Assembly (NCBI GenBank): GCA_046351675.1
Contig: JAXLYB010000002.1
Location: 128,001-192,000 of the forward strand
DNA length: 64,000 bases
Direction: 5' to 3'
Origin: Myxococcaceae bacterium
GTDB taxonomy: Bacteria; Myxococcota; Myxococcia; Myxococcales; Myxococcaceae
Shown: piece after piece, positions 29,578 to 39,342 of the stretch
How the letters are laid out: each line of letters begins with the position of its first letter
Position numbering within the stretch: the stretch's first letter is position 1
The notes under the pieces: generated by a model
Told to the model about the DNA's origin: nothing
What the model saw: the letters and a program-made list of their open reading frames with translations, nothing else
Databases searched by the model: none
Program-made: the position numbers and the translations under genes

Positions 29578-30723
29578 ATGCCGGCAGCGCTCGTCTTCGT
29601 CACCCCCAATTCGTGGAACGCCGACGAGGCACAGCGCCTGCTCGCGGGGCTCTCGGTGGAGTTCTCCCGCGTCGCGCTCCCGAAGGGCGACTCGCCACGC
29701 CTCGAAGACGTGGCGCGGTTTCGCGCGCGCGCCGCGTGGGAGCAGCTCCGCCGGCCGTGCTTCGTCGAGAACACGCAGCTGCAGCTCGAGGGCGAGGCGC
29801 CGTGGACGGGCGCGGCCTTCAAGCAGCTTCACCGTGAACTCGGCGACGCCGGCTTCTGCGCGAAGTTCGGCGGGCGGCGCGGCGAGACCCGGGTGGTGGT
29901 GGCGCTCGCGACGAGCGCTGATCAGCTCACGCTCTTCGAGGGCCGCGGCGAGGGCACGGTCGCGTCGTCACCGCGCGGCGAAGGCGGCTACGGGTGGGAC
30001 CGGGTGTGGATTTCCGACGGCTACTCGCGCACCCAGGCCGAGCTCGGCCCCTCGAGCTTCCTCATCAACATGCGGCAGCGGCCGTACGTCGACCTCGCGG
30101 CGCACGTGCGCGGCGACGGCACGCCCGGCTACTTCGAGGCGCACGTCACGGTGAAGCCGTGCGACATGACGAAGTTCGCGGCGACCTGCGAGCGGCTGGG
30201 CGTGAAGTGCCTGCACATCGTGATGCCCGAGCGCACCGCGCAGCACGAGCAGCCGATGACCGGCAGCTACCACCTCGGCACGCTCTCGCAGGTGCGGGAG
30301 CAGGTGCTGACGCTCTCTCGTGCGCTGGTGCACGACGGCTTCGAGGTGACGCGCATGAAGCTCGAGGCGACCGGCAAGGCGTTCGGCGTGCCCGAGACCG
30401 AGGCCGAGGGCCGCGCACTGCCGAAGGACGTCTACTTCGAGCACCACGCGACGGTGACGCTCCCCGAGGGCTTCGACGAGCGTGCACTGCAGACGCGCTG
30501 CGCCGCGCTGGGCGGGTACGTGTCGAAGAACCTGCGCAAGCCCGGCCGCGAGCGCTTCGTCACCGTGCGCAGCTACCAGGTGCACCGCGCGGTGGCCGAC
30601 GCGCGCTTCGAGGCGCTGGTGGGCGAGCTGCTCGCGCTCGGCGTGCCCATCAAGAACCGCGCGCGGGAGTTCGCGGTGTTCGACTCCGCGCCGCAGATCG
30701 ACCTCGGCTGGTTCGAGTCATGA
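29578..30723 (+). CDS. Fusion protein: N-terminal Ham1/ITPase-like NTP pyrophosphatase domain + C-terminal 2H-phosphoesterase-like domain
   Basis: N-terminus LVFVTPNSWNADEAQRLL...GEGGYGWDRVWISDGYSRTQAEL parallels RdgB (VVLATGN.GK / GFGYDPIF / T.AEL). The C-terminus carries two H-x-T-x motifs about 90 residues apart (EAHVTVKP and EHHATVTLP), as in LigT-type 2H enzymes. Confidence 0.5.
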   Translation: MPAALVFVTPNSWNADEAQRLLAGLSVEFSRVALPKGDSPRLEDVARFRARAAWEQLRRPCFVENTQLQLEGEAPWTGAAFKQLHRELGDAGFCAKFGGRRGETRVVVALATSADQLTLFEGRGEGTVASSPRGEGGYGWDRVWISDGYSRTQAELGPSSFLINMRQRPYVDLAAHVRGDGTPGYFEAHVTVKPCDMTKFAATCERLGVKCLHIVMPERTAQHEQPMTGSYHLGTLSQVREQVLTLSRALVHDGFEVTRMKLEATGKAFGVPETEAEGRALPKDVYFEHHATVTLPEGFDERALQTRCAALGGYVSKNLRKPGRERFVTVRSYQVHRAVADARFEALVGELLALGVPIKNRAREFAVFDSAPQIDLGWFES

Positions 30724-31439
30724 GCGGGTCGTCTCTCTCGCTCGACGAGGTGCTCGACTGGCTGCGCGCGTCGGCGCTCGGCCCGAAGCTCGTGCTGCGT
30801 GGCTCGTTGCTCAGCGAGCAGTGGCTGCCGGGGCGCAAGGCGAACGACGTCGACGTGCTGGTCGACGGCGAGTGGAACCCCGCCACGCTGACGCCCGTGG
30901 TGCGGGAGCTCTTCGCGCCGATGCGCGACGTGGCGTGCGTGGTGACGACCATCTGGGCCGAGACCGAGTTCCCGGGAGTGCGCGCGTCGCTCGGGCGCGG
31001 CGGCGTCGCGGTGCAGGTCGACTTCGGGTGGGGCGAGCAGCTCGCGGCCGAGCCGGTACCGCTCGTGGTGCGCGGTCATTCGTGGCGCACCGTGGTGCCG
31101 GAGGTGATGTTCGGCTGGAAGACGCACTCGCTCGTCGAGCACGGTCCGCGCGGCAAGTGGCACGCCAAGACGGTGGCCGACCTCGCGCTCTTTCACCGGC
31201 ACGTGAAGCTCGACCCCGCGCTCGCGAAGGAAGCCATCGTGCGCTCGTTCGCGACGCAGCGGCTGTCGCTCTCGCTCCTCGACGCGCTCTTCGATGACCC
31301 GACGTGGGGCATGAGCCGCGGCTCGCGGGGGAAGTGGAAGAGCTACCGCAAGAAGGCGCCGTGGGTGACCTTCACGCTCGAGGAAGCGCTGACGGACGTG
31401 AGAGCGGCGCTCGGGCCGTTGTTGCGGCCGGGGCGGTGA
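30720..31439 (+). CDS. Minimal pol-beta-superfamily nucleotidyltransferase (AbiEii/MNT-like)
   Basis: ATGA overlap with the upstream gene. LVLRGSLLSEQWLPGRKANDVDVLVDG fits hG[GS]x9-13DxD. A third acidic residue is candidate in VQVDFGW. About 240 aa. Confidence 0.5.
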   Translation: MSGSSLSLDEVLDWLRASALGPKLVLRGSLLSEQWLPGRKANDVDVLVDGEWNPATLTPVVRELFAPMRDVACVVTTIWAETEFPGVRASLGRGGVAVQVDFGWGEQLAAEPVPLVVRGHSWRTVVPEVMFGWKTHSLVEHGPRGKWHAKTVADLALFHRHVKLDPALAKEAIVRSFATQRLSLSLLDALFDDPTWGMSRGSRGKWKSYRKKAPWVTFTLEEALTDVRAALGPLLRPGR

Positions 31440-31452
31440 CGCACGTTCCCCG

Positions 31453-32004
31453 ATGTGCACGCGCGCGCGGTGGGGGCTCTGCTCGTGGTCGGCTGCATCT
31501 TCGTGCGTGCCAGACGCCACGCCGGTCGCGCCACCCGTCACCTGCAGCGGACCTGATCAGGTCTCCTGCGGCCAGACGTGCGCCATCCTCCAGACCGACG
31601 ACGAGAACGCGCACGCCTTGCCCGCGCCGCAGTTGACCCCCACGCTCTTCGCGTCGACGCACACGCCGTGGTCGCAGACGGCGAGCGGGACGCAGGTGGT
31701 GATGCCGCAGTCGTGCGGGAAGCACGTCGACGCGGCGCACTTCTCGCCGCTGCCGCACGCGCCACAGTTGGCCGAGTCGGTGCGGGTGTCGACGCACGTG
31801 CCTCCGTCACCGCCGCACGTGCTGCTCGCGCCCGAGCACACCACGCCGACGCACGGCTTCTCAGTGCACGTGTTCGGGAAGCAGACCGAGCTCGGGTCGC
31901 ACACCTCTCCGCTGCAGCTGCGGTCGAAGCAGGCGCCGTTCGCGGAGGCAACTGCGGCGTCAGCCCGTACAACTGGGGCGTGGGCACGAACTTCACGTGG
32001 CTGA
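31453..32004 (+). CDS. Hypothetical Pro/Thr/His-rich putative lipoprotein (strand assignment uncertain)
   Basis: Codon-position GC is 65%/54%/~100% for this frame, against 54%/65%/~100% for the antisense Cys-rich ORF 31557-31904. A possible lipobox reads AASSC. Confidence 0.3.
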   Translation: MCTRARWGLCSWSAASSCVPDATPVAPPVTCSGPDQVSCGQTCAILQTDDENAHALPAPQLTPTLFASTHTPWSQTASGTQVVMPQSCGKHVDAAHFSPLPHAPQLAESVRVSTHVPPSPPHVLLAPEHTTPTHGFSVHVFGKQTELGSHTSPLQLRSKQAPFAEATAASARTTGAWARTSRG

Positions 32005-32032
32005 TCTCGGCGGCGACCGAGCCGTGAGCTGA

Positions 32033-34696
32033 TCAGCGTTTGCGCCGCGAGAGCACCGGGTCGATGGTCGAGCGCTGCCCGACCACCTGCACCGCGAGCG
32101 TGTCACTGCACGCGGCCCACGCCTCGTCGACCCACTTCAGCGGCACCGAGGCCAGCGTGCGCGGCAGCCCCGCCGCGGCCTGGAGCGTCGACCCGCGCGC
32201 CATCTCGCGGGCCAGCGAGCGCGCGAGCACCCGCGACGTCAGCAGGCTCCCGAGGTTGCGCTTGGCGAGGCGCCAACGGGCGAGGTCGACCACCTGGTCT
32301 TCCCACAGCGCGCCGTCGAGCGAGTCGAGCCGCGTGAAGAAGTCAGCGAGCCCCTGCTGCTTGTTGCGCGCGTCGAGGTTGGTGGTCAGCAGCAGCAGGT
32401 TGTCTTCGAGCGCGAAGTCGGTGACCTCCGCGCTCACCCCGTAGGTCAGCCCGCGGGCGCGGCGCAGGTCGTCTTCGAAGACCATCGCCAGCGCTTCGCC
32501 CAGCAACAGCGAACCACCGCGCTGCTCGAGCGTGGTGGCCGGCGGCAACCGGCACGCCACACGCACCGAGGTCTGCGCGGCGTCGGGGCGGTCGACCACC
32601 AGGGGCTTCGCCGGTCGCGTCGGCACCGCGCCGAGCTCGCGCAGCTTCCCCGTTCGGCCCGACCCGGCGCCCCAGGAGCTGAAGAGCTCGTTCACCAGCG
32701 CCAGCGTCGGCTCGACGTCGACGTCGCCGTCGATGAACAGCACCGCGCCCTTCGCGCGGAAGGCGTCGCCCACGAAGGCATCGAAGTCGCCGAGGCTGAT
32801 GTCACGCAGGTCGTCGAGCGTCGCCTCGACGTGCGCGCTGCCCGGCGGGAGCACCTGCAGCAGGAGGTCGCGCAGGCCATCGCTGGCGTCGAGCGGCTGG
32901 TCGGCCCTGCGCCGGAGCCGCTCGACGACGCGGTCGGCGGCCCACACGCGATTCACCCCGACGCGGGGCGGCAGGTTGTGGGCGAACACGTCGAGCACCA
33001 GCGGGAGCAGCCGCGCCTCGGCGGTGAGGGTGACGGTGGTCACGTCGGGCTGCACCACCACGTCGGGCCGCGGCAGCGTGGCCGGGTGTTCCGGCGGGAA
33101 GTTGTCCCACCACTCGAGCATGACGCCCGCGAGCTCGCTGACCTCGCGCGTGGTGTGGCGCGCGCCGAGCGGCATCGCGAGCGTGACCGAGGCGACCGGC
33201 ACCGGGAGTCGGCGCGAGACCACCACGCGCAGCCCGTTGGGCAGCGTGGCCTCGTGCACGTCGGGCAGCGACGCTGGCAGCGCGGTGGCCGCCATGCGCG
33301 CGGGTTCGACCACCACGTTCTTGCGCTCGGCCTGCGGCGCCGGGCCGCGCTCGCCCCGGTCGCTCGAGGCGACGACGCGGGGCACGAGGAGCAGCTCCGC
33401 CGCGCCTCGCCACACGAGCGCTTCGCGGCCGAGCCGGGTGAGCTCAGCCCAGCCGGCGTCGGTGAGGCGCAAGGGCCGTTCGCTCTTCCAGTAGGTGGAG
33501 CTCGCGCGCGACTCGGCCTCGGCGAGCAGGTCCTGGCGGGCGAGGAGGTCACCGAAGGCGCGGTCGTGTTCGTCGGAGCGCTCGACGCGCCAGTCGAGCG
33601 GCTTGGCGCGCGCGCGGGCGCTGAGCTGGTCGAGGTCGGCGCCCGGCGCGACAGCGACCGTGAGGGTGATCATCGGCGCGAAGAGGCCCGGGAGGAACTG
33701 ACCGCCGACGCCGAGCACTGCCGCGTCTCCGGCGAGGTTGCGGGCGAGCGCGTCGGCCATCGCGTCGGCGACGAGCGGCATCGCGCTGTACGCGGCCCCG
33801 GCTGGACCCGGCACCGCCCACACGAAGACGAGCTCGCGTTGCCGCACGTCGACCTCGAGCACCGGGCGATCGGCGAACGGCCTGGGCAGACCCGGCTTCT
33901 CGATGAAGCGCTCGAAGGGTGGCGTCGGCGTGCCCGGGGAGACCCAGCTCGCGGGGAACGCCTTGCGCGCCAGCCGTTCGGCGTCGGTGGGCTCGACGTC
34001 GCCGACCAGCACGAGGGTGGTGGTCTCCGGGCGGTAGTAGGTCTCGACGAAGTGCTCGAGGTCGGCGCGGGTGATGGCGGCGAGGCTCTTCGGGTCGCCG
34101 GAGATGGGGCGCGCCGCGCGTGAGACGGGGCCGAACGCGAGCTCTCCGAGCGTGGCGAGCACCGCACCACCGCCGTGGGGGTACCGCTCGAGGTACTCGT
34201 TGCTCACCACCGCGCGCTCGATCTCGAGGGTCGCCGCGTCGACGCCCTGCAGCGGGTGGAGCACCATCGAGGTGATGAGCGGCAGCACCTCGCCGAGGCG
34301 ATCGGCCGCGACGACTCCGCTGTAGACCGTGGAGTCGAGCGAGGTCGCACCGTTCGCGGTCGAGCCACCGTTCGAGGCGACGCCCGCGAAGTCGAGCTCG
34401 TCCCACGCTGACAGGCGGTTCACGGGCTTCGAGCGGAAGGCGAGGTGCTCGACGAAGTGCGCGGTGCCCGACTTGCCGGCCGGGTCATCGCTCGCGCCCG
34501 CGCCCACCAGGAGTGCGACGCCGACGCGGCCAGAGCCGGCGTGACGCTCGATGACGACGCGCAGCCCCGAGGGCCAGGTGACGACGCGGTTGGGCACCGC
34601 GTTGGAACGCGGCGGGAGCGCGGTGTGAAACGGAAGGCAGGCCGAGCCGACGCACAGCAGCGAGAGGGCGAGAGTCGCGCGACGCATCGCGCGCAC
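32033..34696 (-). CDS. Tandem-domain M16 (pitrilysin/insulinase) family zinc peptidase, secreted
   Basis: Signal MRAMRRATLALSLLCVGSA. Inverted zinc motif HFVEHLAF (HxxEH). Second M16 unit in the C-terminal half. 17 bp downstream of the preceding gene. Confidence 0.8.
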   Translation of the reverse strand: MRAMRRATLALSLLCVGSACLPFHTALPPRSNAVPNRVVTWPSGLRVVIERHAGSGRVGVALLVGAGASDDPAGKSGTAHFVEHLAFRSKPVNRLSAWDELDFAGVASNGGSTANGATSLDSTVYSGVVAADRLGEVLPLITSMVLHPLQGVDAATLEIERAVVSNEYLERYPHGGGAVLATLGELAFGPVSRAARPISGDPKSLAAITRADLEHFVETYYRPETTTLVLVGDVEPTDAERLARKAFPASWVSPGTPTPPFERFIEKPGLPRPFADRPVLEVDVRQRELVFVWAVPGPAGAAYSAMPLVADAMADALARNLAGDAAVLGVGGQFLPGLFAPMITLTVAVAPGADLDQLSARARAKPLDWRVERSDEHDRAFGDLLARQDLLAEAESRASSTYWKSERPLRLTDAGWAELTRLGREALVWRGAAELLLVPRVVASSDRGERGPAPQAERKNVVVEPARMAATALPASLPDVHEATLPNGLRVVVSRRLPVPVASVTLAMPLGARHTTREVSELAGVMLEWWDNFPPEHPATLPRPDVVVQPDVTTVTLTAEARLLPLVLDVFAHNLPPRVGVNRVWAADRVVERLRRRADQPLDASDGLRDLLLQVLPPGSAHVEATLDDLRDISLGDFDAFVGDAFRAKGAVLFIDGDVDVEPTLALVNELFSSWGAGSGRTGKLRELGAVPTRPAKPLVVDRPDAAQTSVRVACRLPPATTLEQRGGSLLLGEALAMVFEDDLRRARGLTYGVSAEVTDFALEDNLLLLTTNLDARNKQQGLADFFTRLDSLDGALWEDQVVDLARWRLAKRNLGSLLTSRVLARSLAREMARGSTLQAAAGLPRTLASVPLKWVDEAWAACSDTLAVQVVGQRSTIDPVLSRRKR

Positions 34697-34713
34697 TCTA
34701 CCTGTTCATCTGT

Positions 34714-37329
34714 TCACGGCCGGCCGTTCTGCACCCACTGCGCCGCCGCGTCGATCGCGCTCTGGTTGTACGTGAGCGCGCCCGTGTCTTCGTCGACCTG
34801 CACGCGCGCCGCCTTCTGCGCATCGAGCGCCTTTTGCCGCTTCTCGGTCGCCCCGGGCGGCACACCGCCACGCCCGTAGAACGCCGGCGGCGGATCTTCG
34901 AGCGCGTCGGCCGTCTTCTGGCCCAGCACGTGCGCCGCGTTGTCGTGGCGGTGACCGTTGTTGCCGTCGGTGTCGTGCTGCAGCCGCGCGGCGTCGATGA
35001 AGTTGGTCACCTGCTGCTCGGTCCACCCGTTCATCGAGCGCACGAAATCGCCGGGCGTCATGTTGAGCTTCTTCGCGACCGCGCTCACCCACGTGCCGAG
35101 GTTCTGCCCGTCGCCGTTGAAGTCCTTCAGCTGCTCGGCCACCTCGTGCTTCACACCGATGCTCTCGAGCATCTTGCCGAGGTCGTCTTGCTGGCCCTCG
35201 AACGGATCATCGTGGCCCGCGAAGAGCGTGACCACCGCGCCCGCCGCCGCGATGACGCCGCCCGCGATGTTGAGCACCACGCCCGCCGGCGCGCCCGCGA
35301 TGGTGCCGTCGAGGAAAAGGCCCGCGGTCGCCACCGCACCGCCGATGGCCGCCATCGTGTCGCCCACGCCTTCCTGGATCTTCCCGTCCTTGAAGGCGTC
35401 GAAGGCCTGCCAGCCCGAGACCACCGTGCCGAGCACGCCGATGCCCGCGCCCAGCAACTTGCCCGCGGTGAGGCCCACCGTGCTCGCCACTTCTGCGTCG
35501 GTCGCCGCGCTGCTCGCGAAGCGCGAGAGCGTCGAGGCCACGAAGTCGGCGCCCTGCTTCCCGACCGAGAGCGTCTCGGTGATGGTCGCCAGCTTCGTCT
35601 TCATGTCGGCGTCGCTGAAGTTCGCCCAGTCCTTCACCGCGGCGACCGCGCCGAACACCACCGTCAGGCCCTTGAGCGACTGCGAGAGCGCGCTGTCACT
35701 CGCGCCCAACTTGGTGATCTTCGCGCCGGCTTCCTCGGTGAGCTTGCTGAGCTCTTCCTCGGCCATGCCCGGCTTGAACTTGTTGAGCGTCTCGCCGAGG
35801 TCGGCGAGCTTGTCTTCGGTCGTGCCGAGCAGCTTCGCGTTCTTCTGCAGGCCGGCGAGCAGCGCGCTCTTCTCGGCCTCGAAGTTGCCCGTGCTCGCCG
35901 CGTTGAGCAGCGCCACGCCCGAGGCCTGCAGCACCGCGCCCCGCAGCTTCTGGAGGATCTTCGCGCCGTCCTTCACGTCCTTCAGCACGTCCTTCGCCTG
36001 GTCGAGGAACGTGGTGCGGCCCTGGCCCTGCGCCTTCACCGCGTCGCCGATGGCCTGCGCGCCCGCCTTGGTGTTCGCCAGCTCGGGGATGTCCTGCATC
36101 GCGCCCTTCGCCGCCGACACGAGGTCTCCCTCGTTGCCGTACTTCGGGAAGGAGCCACCGCGCCCCGCCGGCACGCGCTCGTTCGCCGCCTTCGTCAGCA
36201 CCGGGTCGGTCGCCGCGAGGCCCGCGCCGTTCTCGACCGACGCCAGCAGCGCGGCCTTCGACTCGAGGTCGTTCGTCGCGTCCTTGAGGTGGTTCTGCTC
36301 GTCGAACGCCTTGAGCGCCTTCGTCTGATCCGCACCGCTGAGCTGCCACTGCGGGAGCTCCTGCGCGAGGCGCACGTGGAGGTCGTCGACCTTCTTGTTC
36401 GCCTCCTCGAAGTCCTTCTTCACGTCGTTGATGGCCTGGCCGACGAACTTCGAGGTGTCGTTGGCCGCGGTGGTCTTGCCCGTGCCCTGCAGTTCGCTCG
36501 CGAGCCGCACGCCGAACGACGCGCCCGCGCCCGACTTGATGCTGTTCTTCAGCATCGTGCCGAACTCGTCGTCGTCGTCGCCGACGTTCTGGTTCTTCAT
36601 CGTGCCGGCGACCGTCTTCACCAGCGCCTGCTGGGAGTCGGCGTCGAGCAACTCGGTGGTGCGGCCCAGCGAATCGAGCGCGGCCTGGCGCTGTTCCTTC
36701 GTCGCGCCCGAGTCCTTGTCGACGACCTTGCGCGAGATGTCTTCGATGGCCGGCTTCGCGGCGTCGAGCAGCTGCTTGCGGTACGCGGGGTCGGGGTTGC
36801 TGGTGACGAGCGACTCGAGCTTCTTCGCCTTGGCCGCCGGGTCCTTGATGGCGTTGACGCTCGCCGCGTCCTTCACCGGGTCGGGCTTCGCGGTCGCCTG
36901 CGTGGCGCTGGTGGCGCTCGTGGCGTTCGCCGCCTTCGCCTGCGCGGCGCGCTCGGCCTGGTCGGCGCTCATCGTCATGCGCACGCCATCGGGGCCGCGG
37001 CCCATGCCGAACGACCGCACGCTCGTGGCCGACAGCTTGAGGTTCGGCTGCTCGATGGCCTTCGCGTCGAGGCCGAGCGCGGCGAGCTTCGTCGAGCTGT
37101 TGCGCCGCAGCGCCCCGCCCTTGCCCGTCGACATCTCGTCCTTCTTGAACTTGTTCGCCTTGGCCTGCGCCTGGGCCTTCGCCTTCGCGGCAGCCTCGGC
37201 GGCCTTCTTCGCGGCTTCGGCGGCGGCCTTGCGACGCGCCTCTTCCGCGGCCCGGCGGCGTGCTTCTTCGGCGGCGCGTTGACGAGCGGCTTCTGCGGCT
37301 GCAGCGGACGACGACGAGCGGGTGGTCAT
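34714..37329 (-). CDS. Large Ala/Lys/Asp-rich alpha-helical protein with C-terminal Gly-zipper hydrophobic hairpins (pore-former/translocator-like)
   Basis: The N-terminus is [24 protein letters not shown] coiled-coil. Two hydrophobic GxxxG-rich segments lie near residues 640-720 ([22 protein letters not shown]... and [43 protein letters not shown]). There is no N-terminal signal peptide. Confidence 0.55.
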   Translation of the reverse strand: MTTRSSSSAAAAEAARQRAAEEARRRAAEEARRKAAAEAAKKAAEAAAKAKAQAQAKANKFKKDEMSTGKGGALRRNSSTKLAALGLDAKAIEQPNLKLSATSVRSFGMGRGPDGVRMTMSADQAERAAQAKAANATSATSATQATAKPDPVKDAASVNAIKDPAAKAKKLESLVTSNPDPAYRKQLLDAAKPAIEDISRKVVDKDSGATKEQRQAALDSLGRTTELLDADSQQALVKTVAGTMKNQNVGDDDDEFGTMLKNSIKSGAGASFGVRLASELQGTGKTTAANDTSKFVGQAINDVKKDFEEANKKVDDLHVRLAQELPQWQLSGADQTKALKAFDEQNHLKDATNDLESKAALLASVENGAGLAATDPVLTKAANERVPAGRGGSFPKYGNEGDLVSAAKGAMQDIPELANTKAGAQAIGDAVKAQGQGRTTFLDQAKDVLKDVKDGAKILQKLRGAVLQASGVALLNAASTGNFEAEKSALLAGLQKNAKLLGTTEDKLADLGETLNKFKPGMAEEELSKLTEEAGAKITKLGASDSALSQSLKGLTVVFGAVAAVKDWANFSDADMKTKLATITETLSVGKQGADFVASTLSRFASSAATDAEVASTVGLTAGKLLGAGIGVLGTVVSGWQAFDAFKDGKIQEGVGDTMAAIGGAVATAGLFLDGTIAGAPAGVVLNIAGGVIAAAGAVVTLFAGHDDPFEGQQDDLGKMLESIGVKHEVAEQLKDFNGDGQNLGTWVSAVAKKLNMTPGDFVRSMNGWTEQQVTNFIDAARLQHDTDGNNGHRHDNAAHVLGQKTADALEDPPPAFYGRGGVPPGATEKRQKALDAQKAARVQVDEDTGALTYNQSAIDAAAQWVQNGRP

Positions 37330-37501
37330 GGGCGTGGGGCCTCCGAGGAGAGTCTTCGCAGCGGGAACGCGCACGACTTTCCCCCGCGAAACGAAGCGAC
37401 TTTACAGGGTCGCACGCGCGGCCTGGATTGATCAGGGAAGACTGACGCTTCCGCGTGACACCGACGTGTCGGTGCAGGTGCGCAACAGCGTGTCTTCTTC
37501 T

Positions 37502-38029
37502 TCAGAACCGCGCGAGCAGCGCACCGGGGCGCGGGCCGAGGTCGACGCCCGGCGGCGCAGGCGGCGGAGGCACGCTGCGGTCGTCGTCTCGCGACTTCGC
37601 CACGCGGAGCGCCTGCTCGACCTTGCGCAGCGCGGTGGCGTTCTCGGCGCGCTCGGGGCCCTTCATCAAGTAGAGCACCAGGCCGACGACGAACACGGCG
37701 GCGCTGACTCCGATGAAGACGCCGCCCACCACCATCGAGCTGAAGAGGAAGAAGCCGAGGCCGACCGAGAAGCCGACCGCGCCGACCACCATCACGGTCA
37801 CCGGCAACACGGCCGAGGGGCGGCTGTCGAGAATGCGCTGACGTTCCGCGGTGAGCTGCGCGACCGTCATCTGCTCGAGGGGCAGGAGCGCGGGCGCGGG
37901 CGGCTGCACGTTCGGAGCGGCGACCTCGGCCTCGGCCACCAACAGCCCGGGACGTGGAGCCTGGTCGGCGAGGAGTCCTCCGGAAGCCAGCAGCGCAAGG
38001 TTCACCAACACGAGCGTCATGTGGTGCAT
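37502..38029 (-). CDS. Small membrane protein
   Basis: [18 protein letters not shown] then a second helix [40 protein letters not shown]. Divergent from the cyclophilin with a 9-bp gap. Confidence 0.4.
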   Translation of the reverse strand: MHHMTLVLVNLALLASGGLLADQAPRPGLLVAEAEVAAPNVQPPAPALLPLEQMTVAQLTAERQRILDSRPSAVLPVTVMVVGAVGFSVGLGFFLFSSMVVGGVFIGVSAAVFVVGLVLYLMKGPERAENATALRKVEQALRVAKSRDDDRSVPPPPAPPGVDLGPRPGALLARF

Positions 38030-38038
38030 TCTGCGCCC

Positions 38039-38551
38039 ATGCCCAACCCCACCGCTACCTTCCAGACGTCGCTCGGCAACTTCACCGCCGAGCTGTTCCT
38101 CGACCAGATGCCGCTCACGGCGGGCAACTTCCTGAAGCTCGCGAAGAGCGGCTTCTACGACGGCCTGCACTTCCACCGCGTCATCAAGAACTTCATGGTG
38201 CAGTTCGGCTGCCCGAACTCGAAGGACCCGATGAGCCCCGAGGCGGGCATGGGCGGCCCTCCCGACGGCGACATCAAGGACGAGTTCACGGTGAAGCTGT
38301 CGAACGAGCCGATGACGCTCTCGATGGCGAACACCGGCCGGCCCAACAGCGGCGGCAGCCAGTTCTTCATCAACACCGTGCACAACGACTTCCTCGACTG
38401 GTTCACGCCGGGCCAGTCGCGGCACCCGGTCTTCGGGAAGGTCGTCTCGGGCCAGGACGTGGTGAAGAAGATCGAGACCACGCCGTGCGACGGCGACGAC
38501 CGGCCGCGCACGCCGGTGAAGGTCATCAAGGTGACCGTCGCGGGCGCGTGA
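38039..38551 (+). CDS. Cyclophilin-type peptidyl-prolyl cis-trans isomerase
   Basis: [15 protein letters not shown]...[18 protein letters not shown]...[14 protein letters not shown]. Confidence 0.9.
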   Translation: MPNPTATFQTSLGNFTAELFLDQMPLTAGNFLKLAKSGFYDGLHFHRVIKNFMVQFGCPNSKDPMSPEAGMGGPPDGDIKDEFTVKLSNEPMTLSMANTGRPNSGGSQFFINTVHNDFLDWFTPGQSRHPVFGKVVSGQDVVKKIETTPCDGDDRPRTPVKVIKVTVAGA

Positions 38552-39030
38552 AGCCCTCGCCGCTCGTGGTGGTGGTGTTCGGCCTGCCGGGCGCGGGGAA
38601 GACCTTCGTCGGTCGCCAGCTCGCTGCGCAGCGCGGAGCCCACTTCCACGACGGTGACGCCGACCTGCCGGCTGACATGCGCGCGGCCATCGACGCCGCA
38701 CAGCCGGTGACCGATGAGATGCGCGAGCGCTTCGTCGACGCACAGGTGGCGCGGGTGAAGTCGTTGCTCGGCGCCCACGCGACCGTGGTGCTCGCGCAGA
38801 CGTTTCCGAAGCAGGTGCACCGTGAGCGCTTCGCGCGGGAGTTTCCACGCGTGGAGTGGGTGCTCGTCACCGCGCCCGACGCGCTGCGGGCGGAGAGAAT
38901 TGCGCACCGGTCGCACCAGCCGCTCGATGCGGCGTATGCGAAGCGCATGGCGTCGTTCTTCGACGCGCCGCCTGCGGGGACGAGGGTGGTGGTGAATGAT
39001 GGCGTGAGGCCGCTGCCGACCTCGGGCTGA
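38548..39030 (+). CDS. Gluconokinase/IdnK-family P-loop kinase (AAA_33-like)
   Basis: GTGA overlap with the cyclophilin stop. Walker [21 protein letters not shown]...TDEMRERF parallels GntK F.DGDDLHP...DEDR. Confidence 0.6.
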   Translation: MKPSPLVVVVFGLPGAGKTFVGRQLAAQRGAHFHDGDADLPADMRAAIDAAQPVTDEMRERFVDAQVARVKSLLGAHATVVLAQTFPKQVHRERFAREFPRVEWVLVTAPDALRAERIAHRSHQPLDAAYAKRMASFFDAPPAGTRVVVNDGVRPLPTSG

Positions 39031-39342
39031 GCGTGCTCGGACGCGGCGCACCGGGCCTTGAAGGGTGATGGGCGGCGCGAGGTCCGGGTGAAGTGCCGAG
39101 CAGCGGGCGTGCCTCTCGGCGTCGGGCGTCGCGTGACTCGTTGATGCACGCGTCGTGATGATCACGCGTGCACGTGTTCAGACTTTTCGTAGTGGGGACT
39201 GCGAATTCTCCGAACACGTGCCCATCACGAAGCCTGCAGACGCGAGTCACGTGCTCGAAGTGAGAGGCACGCCCGTCTCGCGGCAGTGCGTCGACCCACC
39301 AGCCCACTGCCACCCCGAGAAGGCCAGCGCACGAGCCACCGA

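Noticed and set aside
31557-31904. Cys/Gly-rich 115-aa minus-strand ORF resembling myxobacterial Cys-rich repeats.
   Set aside because: Position-1/2 GC favours the plus-strand frame. There is no in-frame upstream start or signal peptide (TGA 13 codons upstream). It is kept only as an alternative in the findings.
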